A stretch of DNA of 58,042 nt. Origin: Acutalibacteraceae bacterium. GTDB taxonomy: Bacteria > Bacillota > Clostridia > Oscillospirales > Acutalibacteraceae. The stretch is from contig JAZLBI010000132.1 of assembly GCA_045613625.1 (NCBI GenBank), forward strand, positions 1 through 58,042. The letters are read 5' to 3'. Positions 8,810 through 18,700 of the stretch are shown here, in pieces. Numbering within the stretch: position 1 is the stretch's first letter; the number at the start of each line of letters is the position of its first letter. The notes beneath the pieces were generated by a model, which searched no databases, was not told the origin of the DNA, and worked only from the letters and a program-made list of their open reading frames with translations. The position numbers and the translations under genes are program-made.

Positions 8810-9838
8810 ATGAGCATGATTTTTGAAAGAAAGCTTCCCATTCCTCAGGAAGTCAAAGAACAGTATCCGCTCACATATGAGCTTGAAAAGCTTGTTGAAA
8901 AAAGAGCAATTGAAATCAAAGATATTTTTACAGGCAAAAGTGACAGGCTTGCTCTTGTTATAGGGCCTTGTTCGGCTGATAATGAAGACAGCGTTATTGA
9001 TTATATTTCGCGCCTTCGCGCCGTTCAGGAAAAGGTGAGCGATAAAATCCTCATAATTCCCCGAATTTATACCAACAAACCGAGAACAACGGGCGACGGC
9101 TATAAAGGTATGCTTCATCAGCCCAATCCCAACGAAAAACCCGATATGTATAAGGGCATCGTCGCTATCAGGCAGCTTCATATGAGAGCGCTGAGTGAAA
9201 CGGGCTTCTCGTGTGCAGATGAAATGCTTTATCCTGAAAACTACAGATATCTTAGCGATATTCTTGCTTATGTTGCGGTTGGTGCGCGTTCTGTTGAAAA
9301 TCAGCAACACAGGCTTGTTTCAAGCGGAATTGATATTCCTGTAGGTATGAAAAATCCGACAAGCGGCGATATCTCGGTTATGATGAATTCAATAACCGCT
9401 GCTCAGCATAAACACACGTTTATTTATCGCGGTTGGGAAGTTCATTCAGAAGGCAATCCCTGCGCCCACGCAATTCTCAGGGGCTATGTCAATAAACACG
9501 GCCAGTCTCTTCCCAACTATCATTATGAAGACCTTCTTTATCTTGCAGAAACCTATGCAAACAGCGGTCTTTCAAATCCCGGCGTTATTGTTGACACAAA
9601 CCACGCAAACTCGGGTAAAAAGTATCTTGAACAGGTGAGAATCGCAAAAGAGGTGCTCCACAGCTGCCGCCACGATGCAGATGTTAAAAAACTTGTCAAG
9701 GGCTTTATGATTGAAAGCTATATCGAAGACGGCGCTCAGAAAATCGGCGAATGCATTTACGGCAAATCAATAACCGATCCTTGCCTTGGATGGGAAAAGA
9801 CAGAGCGTCTTATCTATGATATTGCAGATTTACTTTAA
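8810..9838 (+). CDS. DAHP synthase, class I-alpha (AroF/G/H type)
   Basis: IGPCSA, KPRTT..GYKG, GARSVENQQHR, VGMKN, DTNHANS, GKSITDPCLGW. Confidence 0.93.
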   Translation: MSMIFERKLPIPQEVKEQYPLTYELEKLVEKRAIEIKDIFTGKSDRLALVIGPCSADNEDSVIDYISRLRAVQEKVSDKILIIPRIYTNKPRTTGDGYKGMLHQPNPNEKPDMYKGIVAIRQLHMRALSETGFSCADEMLYPENYRYLSDILAYVAVGARSVENQQHRLVSSGIDIPVGMKNPTSGDISVMMNSITAAQHKHTFIYRGWEVHSEGNPCAHAILRGYVNKHGQSLPNYHYEDLLYLAETYANSGLSNPGVIVDTNHANSGKKYLEQVRIAKEVLHSCRHDADVKKLVKGFMIESYIEDGAQKIGECIYGKSITDPCLGWEKTERLIYDIADLL

Positions 9839-9863
9839 AAATATAATTTTGGAGTGAGAAAAA

Positions 9864-11147
9864 ATGTACGAAAATAATTGGGAATCACTTAATAAACGCC
9901 CCGTGCCCGAATGGTTCGGCGATGCAAAGTTCGGAATTTTCATTCATTGGGGTCTTTATTCCGTTCCTGCATATACCAAAAAATGTGATTACGCTGAGTG
10001 GTATATGAGGCAGATTGAGGATGAAACCACTGAAGCGGCGGCTTTTCATAAGCGTGTATACGGCGAAAACACAAAATATGAAGATTTCGTAAGCGGCTTC
10101 AAGGCAGAGCTTTTTGATGCCAAGAAATGGGCGGATCTCTTTCAGAAGAGCGGCGCAAAGTATATGAACATCGTTTCAAAGCATCATGACGGCTATTGCC
10201 TTTATAAGTCAGATTATGCATGGAACTGGAACAGCGTTGATGTTGGCCCTCACCGAGATTTTCTTATGGAGCTCAAAGAAGCTCTTAAAGATACCGATGT
10301 TAAATTCGGTGTTTATCATTCGGTTTATGAGTGGTTCCATCCCACATATCTTAAAAATCCCGAGCAGTATGCTCTTGAGCACCTTATTCCGATGCTTAAA
10401 GAGCTTGTTGAAAAATATCAGCCCGCAACCCTTTTCACAGACGGCGAATGGGAGCATCCTTCGGATGTATGGCACTCAACAGAATTCCTTCAGTGGCTCT
10501 ATAACGAATCAAGCGTTAAGGATACAATCGTTCCCAATGACCGTTGGGGAAAAGAAACAAGAGGCCGTCTAGGCGGCAATTTCACAACAGAATACGGCTA
10601 CATTGAAGAAGGCAGAAAAATCGAAGATGTTGAGCTTGTCAGACCCTTTGAAGAATGCCGCGGCATAGGCCGTTCATTCGGCTTCAACCGTAACGAAGAC
10701 CTTTCGGATTATCTGAGCGCAAAAGAGCTTATCGAAATGCTTTGTGACCTTGTTTCAAAGGGCGGCAACTTCCTTCTTAATATCGGCCCTGCGGCAGACG
10801 GAACAATTCCCGTAATTATGGAAGAAAGACTTCTTCAGATGGGCGATTGGCTCAGAGTCAACGGCGATGCGATTTATGCAACAAGAATTTATTCAAAACA
10901 GCTTCAGGAAGGTGTTTATTACACCAAGAAGGGCGATGATGTTTATGCAATCATCAACCGTTTCCCCTTCGGCTCGCAGGTGCTTGAACTTGTTGATTAT
11001 GACCCATCCCTTAAAGCAACTCTTCTCGGCAGCGATGCAATTCTTGAAATCAAGGATAACAACGGCAAGGCAGAAGTTGTTTTCCCCGCAATCAATCCCG
11101 ATGAGCTTGATTCAAATTGGCTCTATACTATAAAAATTTCAAAATAA
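9864..11147 (+). CDS. Alpha-L-fucosidase, GH29 (no signal peptide)
   Basis: PEWFGDAKFGIFIHWGLYSVP, SKHHDG, FTDGEW nucleophile region, NDRWG, GGNFLLNIGP. Confidence 0.93.
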   Translation: MYENNWESLNKRPVPEWFGDAKFGIFIHWGLYSVPAYTKKCDYAEWYMRQIEDETTEAAAFHKRVYGENTKYEDFVSGFKAELFDAKKWADLFQKSGAKYMNIVSKHHDGYCLYKSDYAWNWNSVDVGPHRDFLMELKEALKDTDVKFGVYHSVYEWFHPTYLKNPEQYALEHLIPMLKELVEKYQPATLFTDGEWEHPSDVWHSTEFLQWLYNESSVKDTIVPNDRWGKETRGRLGGNFTTEYGYIEEGRKIEDVELVRPFEECRGIGRSFGFNRNEDLSDYLSAKELIEMLCDLVSKGGNFLLNIGPAADGTIPVIMEERLLQMGDWLRVNGDAIYATRIYSKQLQEGVYYTKKGDDVYAIINRFPFGSQVLELVDYDPSLKATLLGSDAILEIKDNNGKAEVVFPAINPDELDSNWLYTIKISK

Positions 11148-11214
11148 CAGTAGACATTATCGTATTAATGTGATAAACTGAAATTACCCAAAAAATAAAA
11201 ATGAGGTGTAAGTT

Positions 11215-11595
11215 ATGAAAAAAATTCTCAGCATAGTTCTTGTTATGTGTCTTGCAGTTTCTCTCTTTGCAGGTTGCTCATCGCTCGGCGGCGCTCTCAA
11301 CGAAGCAAAGATTGTCGGAACATGGGAAGGCGAAGTTGAAACAGGTTTCTTCGGAACAACAGTTGATGTTAAATATACCTTCGAAAAAGAAGGCAAGGGT
11401 TCAATGCCTCTTCTCAATTCAGGCATCAGCCTCGATGTTAACTTCAACTACACAATTGAAGAAGATATCCTTACAATCAAAACAGATTCAGACCTGATTT
11501 CACAGACTTATGTTTACACAATGGCATTCGAAGGCGATACACTCACTCTTACAGATGAAGCCGGCGATGCAATCGTTCTCACAAAGGCTGAATAA
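11215..11595 (+). CDS. Small lipoprotein (DUF5640/lipocalin-like beta fold)
   Basis: Lipobox LFAGC; IVGTW motif; YTIEED.LTI and .EGDTLTL strands. Confidence 0.7.
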   Translation: MKKILSIVLVMCLAVSLFAGCSSLGGALNEAKIVGTWEGEVETGFFGTTVDVKYTFEKEGKGSMPLLNSGISLDVNFNYTIEEDILTIKTDSDLISQTYVYTMAFEGDTLTLTDEAGDAIVLTKAE

Positions 11596-11612
11596 TCAAA
11601 ACATAAATAATA

Positions 11613-11638
11613 AAAGCGGCTCAGAAATGAGCCGCTTT
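11613..11638. terminator. Bidirectional terminator overlapping the sfp stop codon
   Basis: AAAGCGGCTCA-GAAA-TGAGCCGCTTT. Confidence 0.8.
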
Positions 11639-12223
11639 CTTTTTGCATATTGAGCATATGTAATTGTCGTTTATCGGGTTAAAAAAGAATTCATAACCGC
11701 TTTTTGAGCAGCTGATGATTCCGTCTGAAATCTCAAATGAAACATCTTTTATATTTTTGCCGAGCCCCGTGCCGATGCATTTGAAATAAGCTTCTTTAAG
11801 AGTCCATATTTCAAAAAATCCGTTTGAAGAAGAGAGTATATATTCCTTTTCTTTTTCAGTTGCGAATTTATCGGCAACCCGCTGATTTACGGGGCGTATT
11901 TTTTCGATATCAATTCCGATTTCGTTCTCCGAAACGGCGCAAACAGCATAATCGCCGCTGTGGCTGATGCTGAAATGAACGGGCAGGTCTTTTGCAAAAG
12001 GCTTGCCTTTTTCGCTGTATCCGAATGTGATTTCTTCGGGAGCAATACCGCAGTAATCCGAAATTGTTTTTCTGCAAAGCGCATCTGCCGCAATGCGAAG
12101 TTTTTTCTTTTGTTCAACCTTCATTGAAGCAACCTCTTTTTTTCGCTTGTCGCTCATTTGGTCAAACCATTTTTCAAATTCGCTTTGCTCAATGCTTCCG
12201 ATATTTATCCAGCTGATTTTCAT
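11621..12223 (-). CDS. Sfp-type 4'-phosphopantetheinyl transferase
   Basis: GKP, FSISHSG, IGIDIE, WTLKEAYFKCIGTGL. Confidence 0.92.
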   Translation of the reverse strand: MKISWINIGSIEQSEFEKWFDQMSDKRKKEVASMKVEQKKKLRIAADALCRKTISDYCGIAPEEITFGYSEKGKPFAKDLPVHFSISHSGDYAVCAVSENEIGIDIEKIRPVNQRVADKFATEKEKEYILSSSNGFFEIWTLKEAYFKCIGTGLGKNIKDVSFEISDGIISCSKSGYEFFFNPINDNYICSICKKKAAHF

Positions 12224-12724
12224 TTAAAGAGTGATGTTGTTAAGCGCATCAATAAAAGGGATGTTCATTTCAAATATGTGAACAACCTTAGCCATAAACA
12301 GCGCAACGGAAACGCCAACAACAACACCGCCGATGATTTCAGGGATTGTGTGGCCTTCAACTTTCTTAACATCCTCAGCTTCGTTGTTGCAAACCTTTGC
12401 CTGGATTCTGTTGAATGCATCGGTCAGTCTGCTGACGGGAAGTCTGACCTTGAAAGCATCAAACATTGTGATGAATGCGAAAACGCCCGCAACAGCAAAA
12501 ATCTCGGAATCAAAGCCGCATTTAAGACCAACGCAAGTGCTCAGTGAAATAACGGTTGCAGTGTGTGAGCTGGGCATACCTCCGAGCTTGAAAAGCGTTT
12601 CAAGTGTAACTTTTTTTGCCTTACGGCCCTTTTTCTTATCAATAATATATTTTGTGAAGTTTATGATAACCTTGATAAGTTGGGCGATAAACCATGCGGT
12701 AAGGCAAACCAAAAATATTCTCAT
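12224..12724 (-). CDS. Divergent PAP2 family membrane protein (DUF212/YuiD-like)
   Basis: AQLIK, GGMPSSHTA, MFDA..VR, GHT..EI.GG; start ATG 12724 after GGAGG. Confidence 0.88.
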   Translation of the reverse strand: MRIFLVCLTAWFIAQLIKVIINFTKYIIDKKKGRKAKKVTLETLFKLGGMPSSHTATVISLSTCVGLKCGFDSEIFAVAGVFAFITMFDAFKVRLPVSRLTDAFNRIQAKVCNNEAEDVKKVEGHTIPEIIGGVVVGVSVALFMAKVVHIFEMNIPFIDALNNITL

Positions 12725-12873
12725 ATCTTGTCTCCTCCGAATTATAATACAGTTAATCATACAACATTGACTAAAAAAATGCAATACCTTTTTCTTGAAT
12801 TTGACAGACATTTATGATAGAATAATCGACGAAAATAAACAGTTGTGTCAAATTTTGTATTATGGTGGTTTAA

Positions 12874-14517
12874 ATGAAAAAGAAATACAGCAATATGGGC
12901 AATGCCAATCTGCCCACATATCAGACAATAAAAGAAATCGTTGTTAAGGGCACTCAGGCAGGCGGCGATAAAAGACAGTATGTTTTTCTTGATAAAAACA
13001 AGAAGCAGTGTGAAAGAAGCTTCAATCAGACCTGGGATGAGATAAGCGCAATCGGAACATTCTTCAACCTCAAAGGTCTTGACGGTAAAAAGAAAATAGC
13101 AATCATCGGCGAAAACTGTTTTGAGTGGATGGTAATTTACTACGCAACTCTTGTTGGCGGCAATATAACCGTTCCTATGGATTGCAAGCTTACCGAAGAT
13201 GACCTTGCAGACCAGCTTATCCGTTGCGGCTGTGATGCTCTTGTTATCACAAGCAAATTTGTTCCGATGGTTGAGAATTTCAAGAAAATCCCCGAGCTTT
13301 CGGATGTGCTTTATTTCAATATCAGTGATGAATACGAAGAATATATCTCAGAAGGTAAAAAAGCCCTTGATGGGGGAGATACTTCGTTTGAAAACGCAGA
13401 GGTTCTGCCCGATGACCTTGCCTGCATCGTTTACACATCGGGAACAACTGCTAAAAGCAAGGGCGTTATGCTTACTCATTTCAATATTGCAAGCAACTGC
13501 TCATCCTCGTGCCGTGCTCTTTCGGGCAGACACGCAATCGGTTTCCTTCCTCTCAACCATACATATGCCTGGGTAAGTGCACTTTTCTCATCGTATATCC
13601 TCAGTGAGTGGGGTTATCTTTGTGACGGCATAGGCAATATTCAGGGCGATCTTAAGAAAATTCAGCCCTATAATTTCTCAGGTGTGCCTCTTGTTGTTGA
13701 AACAATCTATGAGCGCATCTGGAAAACGGCTAAAAAAACAGGCAGAGAAGATATTCTCAAAAAAGGGCTTAAAATAAGCAATACGCTTATGAAAATCGGC
13801 ATCGACAGAAGACGCAAGATTTTCAAAACAATTATCGATAATCTCGGCGGCAATCTCAATATGATTGTTTGCGGCGGCGCAAATCTTGACCCCAAATATG
13901 AGCAGGGAATGCACGAATTCGGCATTGAAATCTATAACGGCTACGGTCTTACCGAATGCTCACCCGCAGTTACCTGCAACAGACCCGATAAATACAGATT
14001 CGGCTCAGTCGGCACTCCGCTTGATTGCTGCGAAATCAAAATTGTCAATCCCGATGAAGAGGGTGTAGGCGAAATTTATGTTAAGGGCACAAATGTTATG
14101 AAGGGTTATTATAACGACCCCGAAGCAACAGCGGCGGCTTTTGACGGCGAATGGTTTATCACGGGTGACCACGGCAGAATCGATAAAGACGGCTTCCTGT
14201 TTATTGTTGGCAGAAAGAAGAATCTCATCTGCCTTTCAAACGGCAAGAACGTTTCACCTGAAGAGCTTGAAGACAGGCTTTCAAGAATCGAATATGTAAA
14301 AGAAGTTCTCGTTTATGAAGAGGATGGAAAAATCGTTGCAGAATTCTTCTTTGATGAAAACGAGCATCTCGATGCAAGAGCAAGAATCAAGGACGATATC
14401 GATGAATTCAACCGCAATATGCCTCTTTTCAAGAATATTGCCAAATTCAAAATCCGTGACGATGAATTCCCCAAAACAACAACTCTTAAAATCGAAAGAA
14501 AACTTTTCACTAAATAA
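12874..14517 (+). CDS. Long-chain acyl-CoA ligase / AMP-binding adenylation enzyme
   Basis: YTSGTTAKSKG, NGYGLTECSP, VMKGYY, TGDHG, GRKKN, PKTTTLKI. Confidence 0.9.
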   Translation: MKKKYSNMGNANLPTYQTIKEIVVKGTQAGGDKRQYVFLDKNKKQCERSFNQTWDEISAIGTFFNLKGLDGKKKIAIIGENCFEWMVIYYATLVGGNITVPMDCKLTEDDLADQLIRCGCDALVITSKFVPMVENFKKIPELSDVLYFNISDEYEEYISEGKKALDGGDTSFENAEVLPDDLACIVYTSGTTAKSKGVMLTHFNIASNCSSSCRALSGRHAIGFLPLNHTYAWVSALFSSYILSEWGYLCDGIGNIQGDLKKIQPYNFSGVPLVVETIYERIWKTAKKTGREDILKKGLKISNTLMKIGIDRRRKIFKTIIDNLGGNLNMIVCGGANLDPKYEQGMHEFGIEIYNGYGLTECSPAVTCNRPDKYRFGSVGTPLDCCEIKIVNPDEEGVGEIYVKGTNVMKGYYNDPEATAAAFDGEWFITGDHGRIDKDGFLFIVGRKKNLICLSNGKNVSPEELEDRLSRIEYVKEVLVYEEDGKIVAEFFFDENEHLDARARIKDDIDEFNRNMPLFKNIAKFKIRDDEFPKTTTLKIERKLFTK

Positions 14518-14522
14518 AAATA

Positions 14523-14548
14523 ACGGGCTGTGCTTTCGCATAGCCCGT
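14523..14548. terminator. Terminator between convergent genes
   Basis: ACGGGCTGTGC-TTTC-GCATAGCCCGT. Confidence 0.7.
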
Positions 14549-14554
14549 ATTTCT

Positions 14555-15055
14555 TTATATTTCAATGATTTTTGCTTCAATTCCGATTGACGGAAGAAGT
14601 TTGGTGAGCACATACTCTGTTTTGATTTTCAGCGTTGCGCTATTGTCGCTCGGATGGCAGCAGATAAAGTCTTCTTTGATAACATCGCTGTCAATTGCAA
14701 GCGAAACTCTTTTTTCTTTGTCAAACATAAGGCTTGTAACGCTGAGTGAGCCTGGTGAGGTGTTGAGCAGATTTTCCATATATTCACCTGAGGCAAACGA
14801 AAGGCGGGAGCACCCGAGCTTTTTTGAAACCTCTTTTGTGACAAATCTTTTATCGTCTGCAATCATAAGAAGATAAAAAATCTTTCCCGAATCTGTTTTC
14901 AGAAGAAGGTTTTTGCAGATTCTGCCGCCTATCAATCCGTTTATCTTTGCGCAATCTTCAAGAGTGAAAGCGGGGGAATGAGTAACGATATCATAATCAA
15001 TTCCGTTTTCTTCAAGATAAGCGCAGACCTGAGCGGCTTTTTCGCTTAAATTCAT
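14555..15055 (-). CDS. YbaK/ProX-type aminoacyl-tRNA deacylase
   Basis: CKNLLL, RLSFAS, PGSLS, CHP.DN.AT motifs; start at ATG 15055. Confidence 0.85.
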   Translation of the reverse strand: MNLSEKAAQVCAYLEENGIDYDIVTHSPAFTLEDCAKINGLIGGRICKNLLLKTDSGKIFYLLMIADDKRFVTKEVSKKLGCSRLSFASGEYMENLLNTSPGSLSVTSLMFDKEKRVSLAIDSDVIKEDFICCHPSDNSATLKIKTEYVLTKLLPSIGIEAKIIEI

Positions 15056-15060
15056 AATTA

Positions 15061-15912
15061 TCACTGCCCGTAAAATGCCGATGCGTGGTCGTCGGCATTG
15101 ATTCTTATTGTTTTCCAAGGGCCGCTGCTGCAGTCCTCGTGGGTGAGAATTCCGTTTTCATAGGTGTGAATGCTCAGATAATTCGGCTTGCCTTTTTCGG
15201 TTACCCAGAAACCGTCGTATTCACCGCTATCGGAGAATATGCTGTTTTGCGCGCTGAATTTGCCGCTTCTCAGCTTTCCGCAAGAGAAATATATAATTTC
15301 GCCCTCTTCGCTGAATTCAATATAACAGCGCTCGGTGTTGCTCTGGATAGCATATGAATTCTTATCGGTCTGAATGAATTCGAGAAACTCTTCAACCGTT
15401 TCGCTTCCGTTTTGTTCAACGGAATATTCATATCGAATACCGTTGGTTTTTTTGCTGTATTCGGCGGTGTAGATTTTAATGAGGGTTTCGGAAGTGAATA
15501 TAAGCTCGTAACTTTCGCCGTTTGACGAAAACGAAACATCAAAACCTTCGCTTTGCTGTTTATAGTAATCGGCAGCTTTTTCGTTTGTCATATCCGTGTC
15601 AAAACCGTCTGTTATTGAAAACGAACCGAGCAAAAACGGCTCAAACGAGGTCAGAATATAGTTCTCATCAAGAAAATATTCCTGAGGATTCTCAACCCTG
15701 ATTATTTCATTATGAGATTTTTCAAGGGTTGATATTTTTGTGTTCATTGCCGAGATAACCGCATTAAACCTGCTTTTGCCGCCCGAAAAAGATTTGTCAT
15801 CGTTTGTTATGCTGAGCATATCGGGCGTTTTCTGCGTTATCGGCTCATTTTTTGCGCAGGAGCAGAGGAGCATCATAAGTGATGCGAGAAAAACAGAAAT
15901 AAGTTTTTTCAT
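15061..15912 (-). CDS. Hypothetical lipoprotein
   Basis: Signal peptide with LLCSC lipobox; no family recognised. Confidence 0.7.
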   Translation of the reverse strand: MKKLISVFLASLMMLLCSCAKNEPITQKTPDMLSITNDDKSFSGGKSRFNAVISAMNTKISTLEKSHNEIIRVENPQEYFLDENYILTSFEPFLLGSFSITDGFDTDMTNEKAADYYKQQSEGFDVSFSSNGESYELIFTSETLIKIYTAEYSKKTNGIRYEYSVEQNGSETVEEFLEFIQTDKNSYAIQSNTERCYIEFSEEGEIIYFSCGKLRSGKFSAQNSIFSDSGEYDGFWVTEKGKPNYLSIHTYENGILTHEDCSSGPWKTIRINADDHASAFYGQ

Positions 15913-15926
15913 AGTTTATCATCCTG

Positions 15927-15954
15927 AAAAGGAGTATGGCAAAAGCCATACTCC
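15927..15954 (-). terminator. Terminator-like hairpin after nrdR
   Basis: GGAGTATGGC-TTTT-GCCATACTCC followed by TTTT on minus strand. Confidence 0.65.
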
Positions 15955-15964
15955 CTGTAGTTTA

Positions 15965-16420
15965 TTATTTTTCGCTCAGAAGCTTTGCGAGCTCATCCAT
16001 AAATGTGTTGATATCCTTGAACTGGCGGTAAACCGATGCGAAGCGCACATATGCAACTTCGTCAAGGTCTTTGAGCTTATCCATTGCAAGCTCGCCGATA
16101 TAAACCGAAGTAACCTCTCTGTCGAGCGAGTTCTGAAGAGTGCTTTCGATTTCATTAACCGCTTTGTCGATTGCGTCAAGTGAAACGGGGCGTTTTTCGC
16201 AAGCTCTGAGAAGGCCGTTGAAAAGCTTGTTGCGGTCAAAAACCTCTCTTGATTTATCCTTTTTAACAACAATCACGGGAACACTTTCGATTATTTCATA
16301 TGTTGTGAAACGCTTCTGGCAGCTGATGCATTCTCTGCGGCGGCGGATGCGTTCACCTTCGTCTGTTGGTCTTGAGTCAATAACCTTGCTTTCTTCGCAA
16401 TTGCAAAACGGACATTTCAT
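15965..16420 (-). CDS. nrdR: Transcriptional repressor NrdR
   Basis: MKCPFC...VIDSR...IRRRREC..C.KRFTTYE zinc ribbon, ATP cone, [13 protein letters not shown]. Confidence 0.97.
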   Translation of the reverse strand: MKCPFCNCEESKVIDSRPTDEGERIRRRRECISCQKRFTTYEIIESVPVIVVKKDKSREVFDRNKLFNGLLRACEKRPVSLDAIDKAVNEIESTLQNSLDREVTSVYIGELAMDKLKDLDEVAYVRFASVYRQFKDINTFMDELAKLLSEK

Positions 16421-16462
16421 AGTTTTGACACTCCTTTATTCTTTAACGGTCATATTCCAAGT

Positions 16463-16478
16463 ATACCATATTTTGTGG
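16463..16478. promoter_or_regulatory. NrdR-box-like site overlapping the nrdR promoter
   Basis: ATACCATATTTTGTGG resembles acaCwAtATaTwGtg; lies over minus-strand TTGCAA...TATACT. Confidence 0.6.
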
Positions 16479-16493
16479 ATTTTGCAAGCAATT

Positions 16494-17276
16494 TCACAAA
16501 TTTTGAACATACTGAAGAGCTTTTATAAGTTCATCGGGTTCTCCGTAATTGTGTCTGTAAAGTTCAATAACATAATCTCCGCCGTAATTCACAGAGTTCA
16601 TTATTTCAAACAGCTTTCTGAATTCAAAAACACCTTCGGAAGGCGGGAGGCAGTCAAAGCCTTCTTTGTGATCACTGATATGAATATGTGAAATTTCATT
16701 TTTGAATTCTTCGGCGAATTCAAGAGGAGCAAAGCCTGATCTGACCGCCTGCTTAACATCAAAAACCATTCTGAAATCGCTTCCGAGAGCGTTGCGCATT
16801 TCTTTGAGAAATTCGGGGCTGTGGCTGAGATGAGCGTGAACATTCTCCTGACAAACTGTTATTCCGAAATCTTTTCCCGCTTCAACAAGCTTTGAAAAAC
16901 GCTCGAAATACACGCTTTTGTCAACCCTTGCGGGCATCCTTGAGCCGTGAATAACAAGAACTTTTGCTCCGAGAACGGCTGCTGTTTCAGCGCACTGCTT
17001 GTAGAATTCAAGTCCGTCAAAAAAGCGCCTTTCATATTCGCTGAAAAGCATATGGGTTTCTGCGAAAGATGAAAAGGGATGAACAGAAACTATTCTCATG
17101 CCGTATTCATCTTTGATTTTGTTAAGTTTTTTTGCGAAATCGGGCGTTGATTCGCTCGTTGTGTTGAGAAAAACCTCGCAGGTTTTTACTCCCGATTTTC
17201 CGAGCAGTTCAAGCGATTTTTCTGTTTCCATTGGGTAAAGACAAGATGATGAAATTCCGAAAGACATATAATTCAT
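16494..17276 (-). CDS. Sugar phosphate isomerase/epimerase (xylose-isomerase-like TIM barrel)
   Basis: SVHP, VIHG, QENV, FDVKQ, HIHISD, LPP.EG, VIELY. Confidence 0.8.
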   Translation of the reverse strand: MNYMSFGISSSCLYPMETEKSLELLGKSGVKTCEVFLNTTSESTPDFAKKLNKIKDEYGMRIVSVHPFSSFAETHMLFSEYERRFFDGLEFYKQCAETAAVLGAKVLVIHGSRMPARVDKSVYFERFSKLVEAGKDFGITVCQENVHAHLSHSPEFLKEMRNALGSDFRMVFDVKQAVRSGFAPLEFAEEFKNEISHIHISDHKEGFDCLPPSEGVFEFRKLFEIMNSVNYGGDYVIELYRHNYGEPDELIKALQYVQNL

Positions 17277-17349
17277 TCCTCAGAAGGTAATTTTTGATGT
17301 TTGAATAAATAGAGCGGATGATGTATAATTGATGAGGAAGGAGGCTGCC

Positions 17350-17586
17350 GTGAAAAAGATTTTTTCTCAGATACATCAACCCGCAAAGTTTGCGTTCATA
17401 ATCGGATGGATTGTCGTTATTGCTATGCTTGCAGCTTCAACCGTTCTTTATGTAGGGGCAGGGCGGGCGTTTGAATATTATTCAGCTGTTGATATCAGTG
17501 AAAAGCTGCTTTCGCTGGTAAGACCTGTGTGTATTGCGGTTTGTTTAAGTTCCCTTGCTCTCGAATACCGTTCTATACACAGATAG
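17350..17586 (+). CDS. Small hypothetical membrane protein (2 TM)
   Basis: GTG start after GGAGG SD, two hydrophobic segments, followed by a terminator. Confidence 0.55.
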   Translation: MKKIFSQIHQPAKFAFIIGWIVVIAMLAASTVLYVGAGRAFEYYSAVDISEKLLSLVRPVCIAVCLSSLALEYRSIHR

Positions 17587-17624
17587 ATCTATTATATCAT
17601 AAAAAAATATTATTTCAACTGCTC

Positions 17625-17652
17625 AAAAAGTCGGGATTTATCTCGACTTTTT
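17625..17652 (+). terminator. Intrinsic terminator
   Basis: AAAAAGTCGGGA-TTTA-TCTCGACTTTTT. Confidence 0.7.
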
Positions 17653-17701
17653 TATATTTATATGATATTATCTAGATATATCCGATGAAGGAGGAGTATT
17701 A

Positions 17702-18697
17702 ATGTTAAGAGTTGCGATGCTTTCAAAATGGCACGTTCACGCCGAAGGTTATGCAAAAGATTTTTTGAAAACAGGCAAGGCAGAAATTGTTGCCGTGTGG
17801 GATGAAAAAGCCGAAAGAGGCTCGGAATGGGCGGAAAAGCTCGGCGTTGATTTTATTGCAGACCTTGATGAGCTTCTCGCAAGAGAAGATATAGATGCGG
17901 TTTGTTGCTGCACACCGACAACAATGCATACCGATGTTCTTCTTCGTTGCGCAAAGGCAGGTAAACATATTTTTACTGAAAAAACGCTTGCCTGCACCGT
18001 TGAAGAATGCAGAGAAATTGAAAAAACCGTTGAAGAAAACGGAGTAACTTTTGTTATCTCGTTCCCTCATAAGGCTTGGCCCGTTGTAAGATTTGCGAAG
18101 GCGCATATCGAAAACGGCGATTTCGGAAGAGTTACCAATGTCAGAGTGCGCAATGCACACAACGGCGTAAGCGGCAACTGGCTGCCCGAATATTGGTTTG
18201 TCAAAGAGGATTGTGCGGGCGGTGCAATGATGGATCTCGGATGCCATCCTATGTATCTTCTTGCTTATCTTTGCGGCAAGCCCAAAAAGATAACAGGTAT
18301 TGCAAATTCCGTTCTCGGAACACCCGTTGATGAAAATGCAATTTCTCTTATCGAATTTGAAAACGGAATACTCGGCGTATCCGAAACTTCGTTTCTTGCA
18401 TATTCATCGCCCTATACCATTGAAGTTCACGGAACAGACGGTATTCTTCTCTGGCAGGGCGGCGATATCAAATATAAAACAACCGAAACCGCAAAACTCA
18501 ACAAAGGCTTCATTTCGCCCGATAATCTTCCCGAAAACGGAGATTATCCCATCGATGCATTTGTTGATGCCTGCATTAACGGCACAGGCTCGCCTGAAGG
18601 TCTCGGAATGAAGGAAGCGATTGAGCTTGCCGTTCTTCTTGAAAATTCATATATATCTTATGAAACCGGCAAAACTGTTGAAATAAAGGAGCAATAA
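17702..18697 (+). CDS. Gfo/Idh/MocA family oxidoreductase
   Basis: LRVAMLSKWHVHA N-terminus, GKHIFTEK, GGAMMDLGCHP. Confidence 0.88.
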   Translation: MLRVAMLSKWHVHAEGYAKDFLKTGKAEIVAVWDEKAERGSEWAEKLGVDFIADLDELLAREDIDAVCCCTPTTMHTDVLLRCAKAGKHIFTEKTLACTVEECREIEKTVEENGVTFVISFPHKAWPVVRFAKAHIENGDFGRVTNVRVRNAHNGVSGNWLPEYWFVKEDCAGGAMMDLGCHPMYLLAYLCGKPKKITGIANSVLGTPVDENAISLIEFENGILGVSETSFLAYSSPYTIEVHGTDGILLWQGGDIKYKTTETAKLNKGFISPDNLPENGDYPIDAFVDACINGTGSPEGLGMKEAIELAVLLENSYISYETGKTVEIKEQ

Positions 18698-18700
18698 AAT

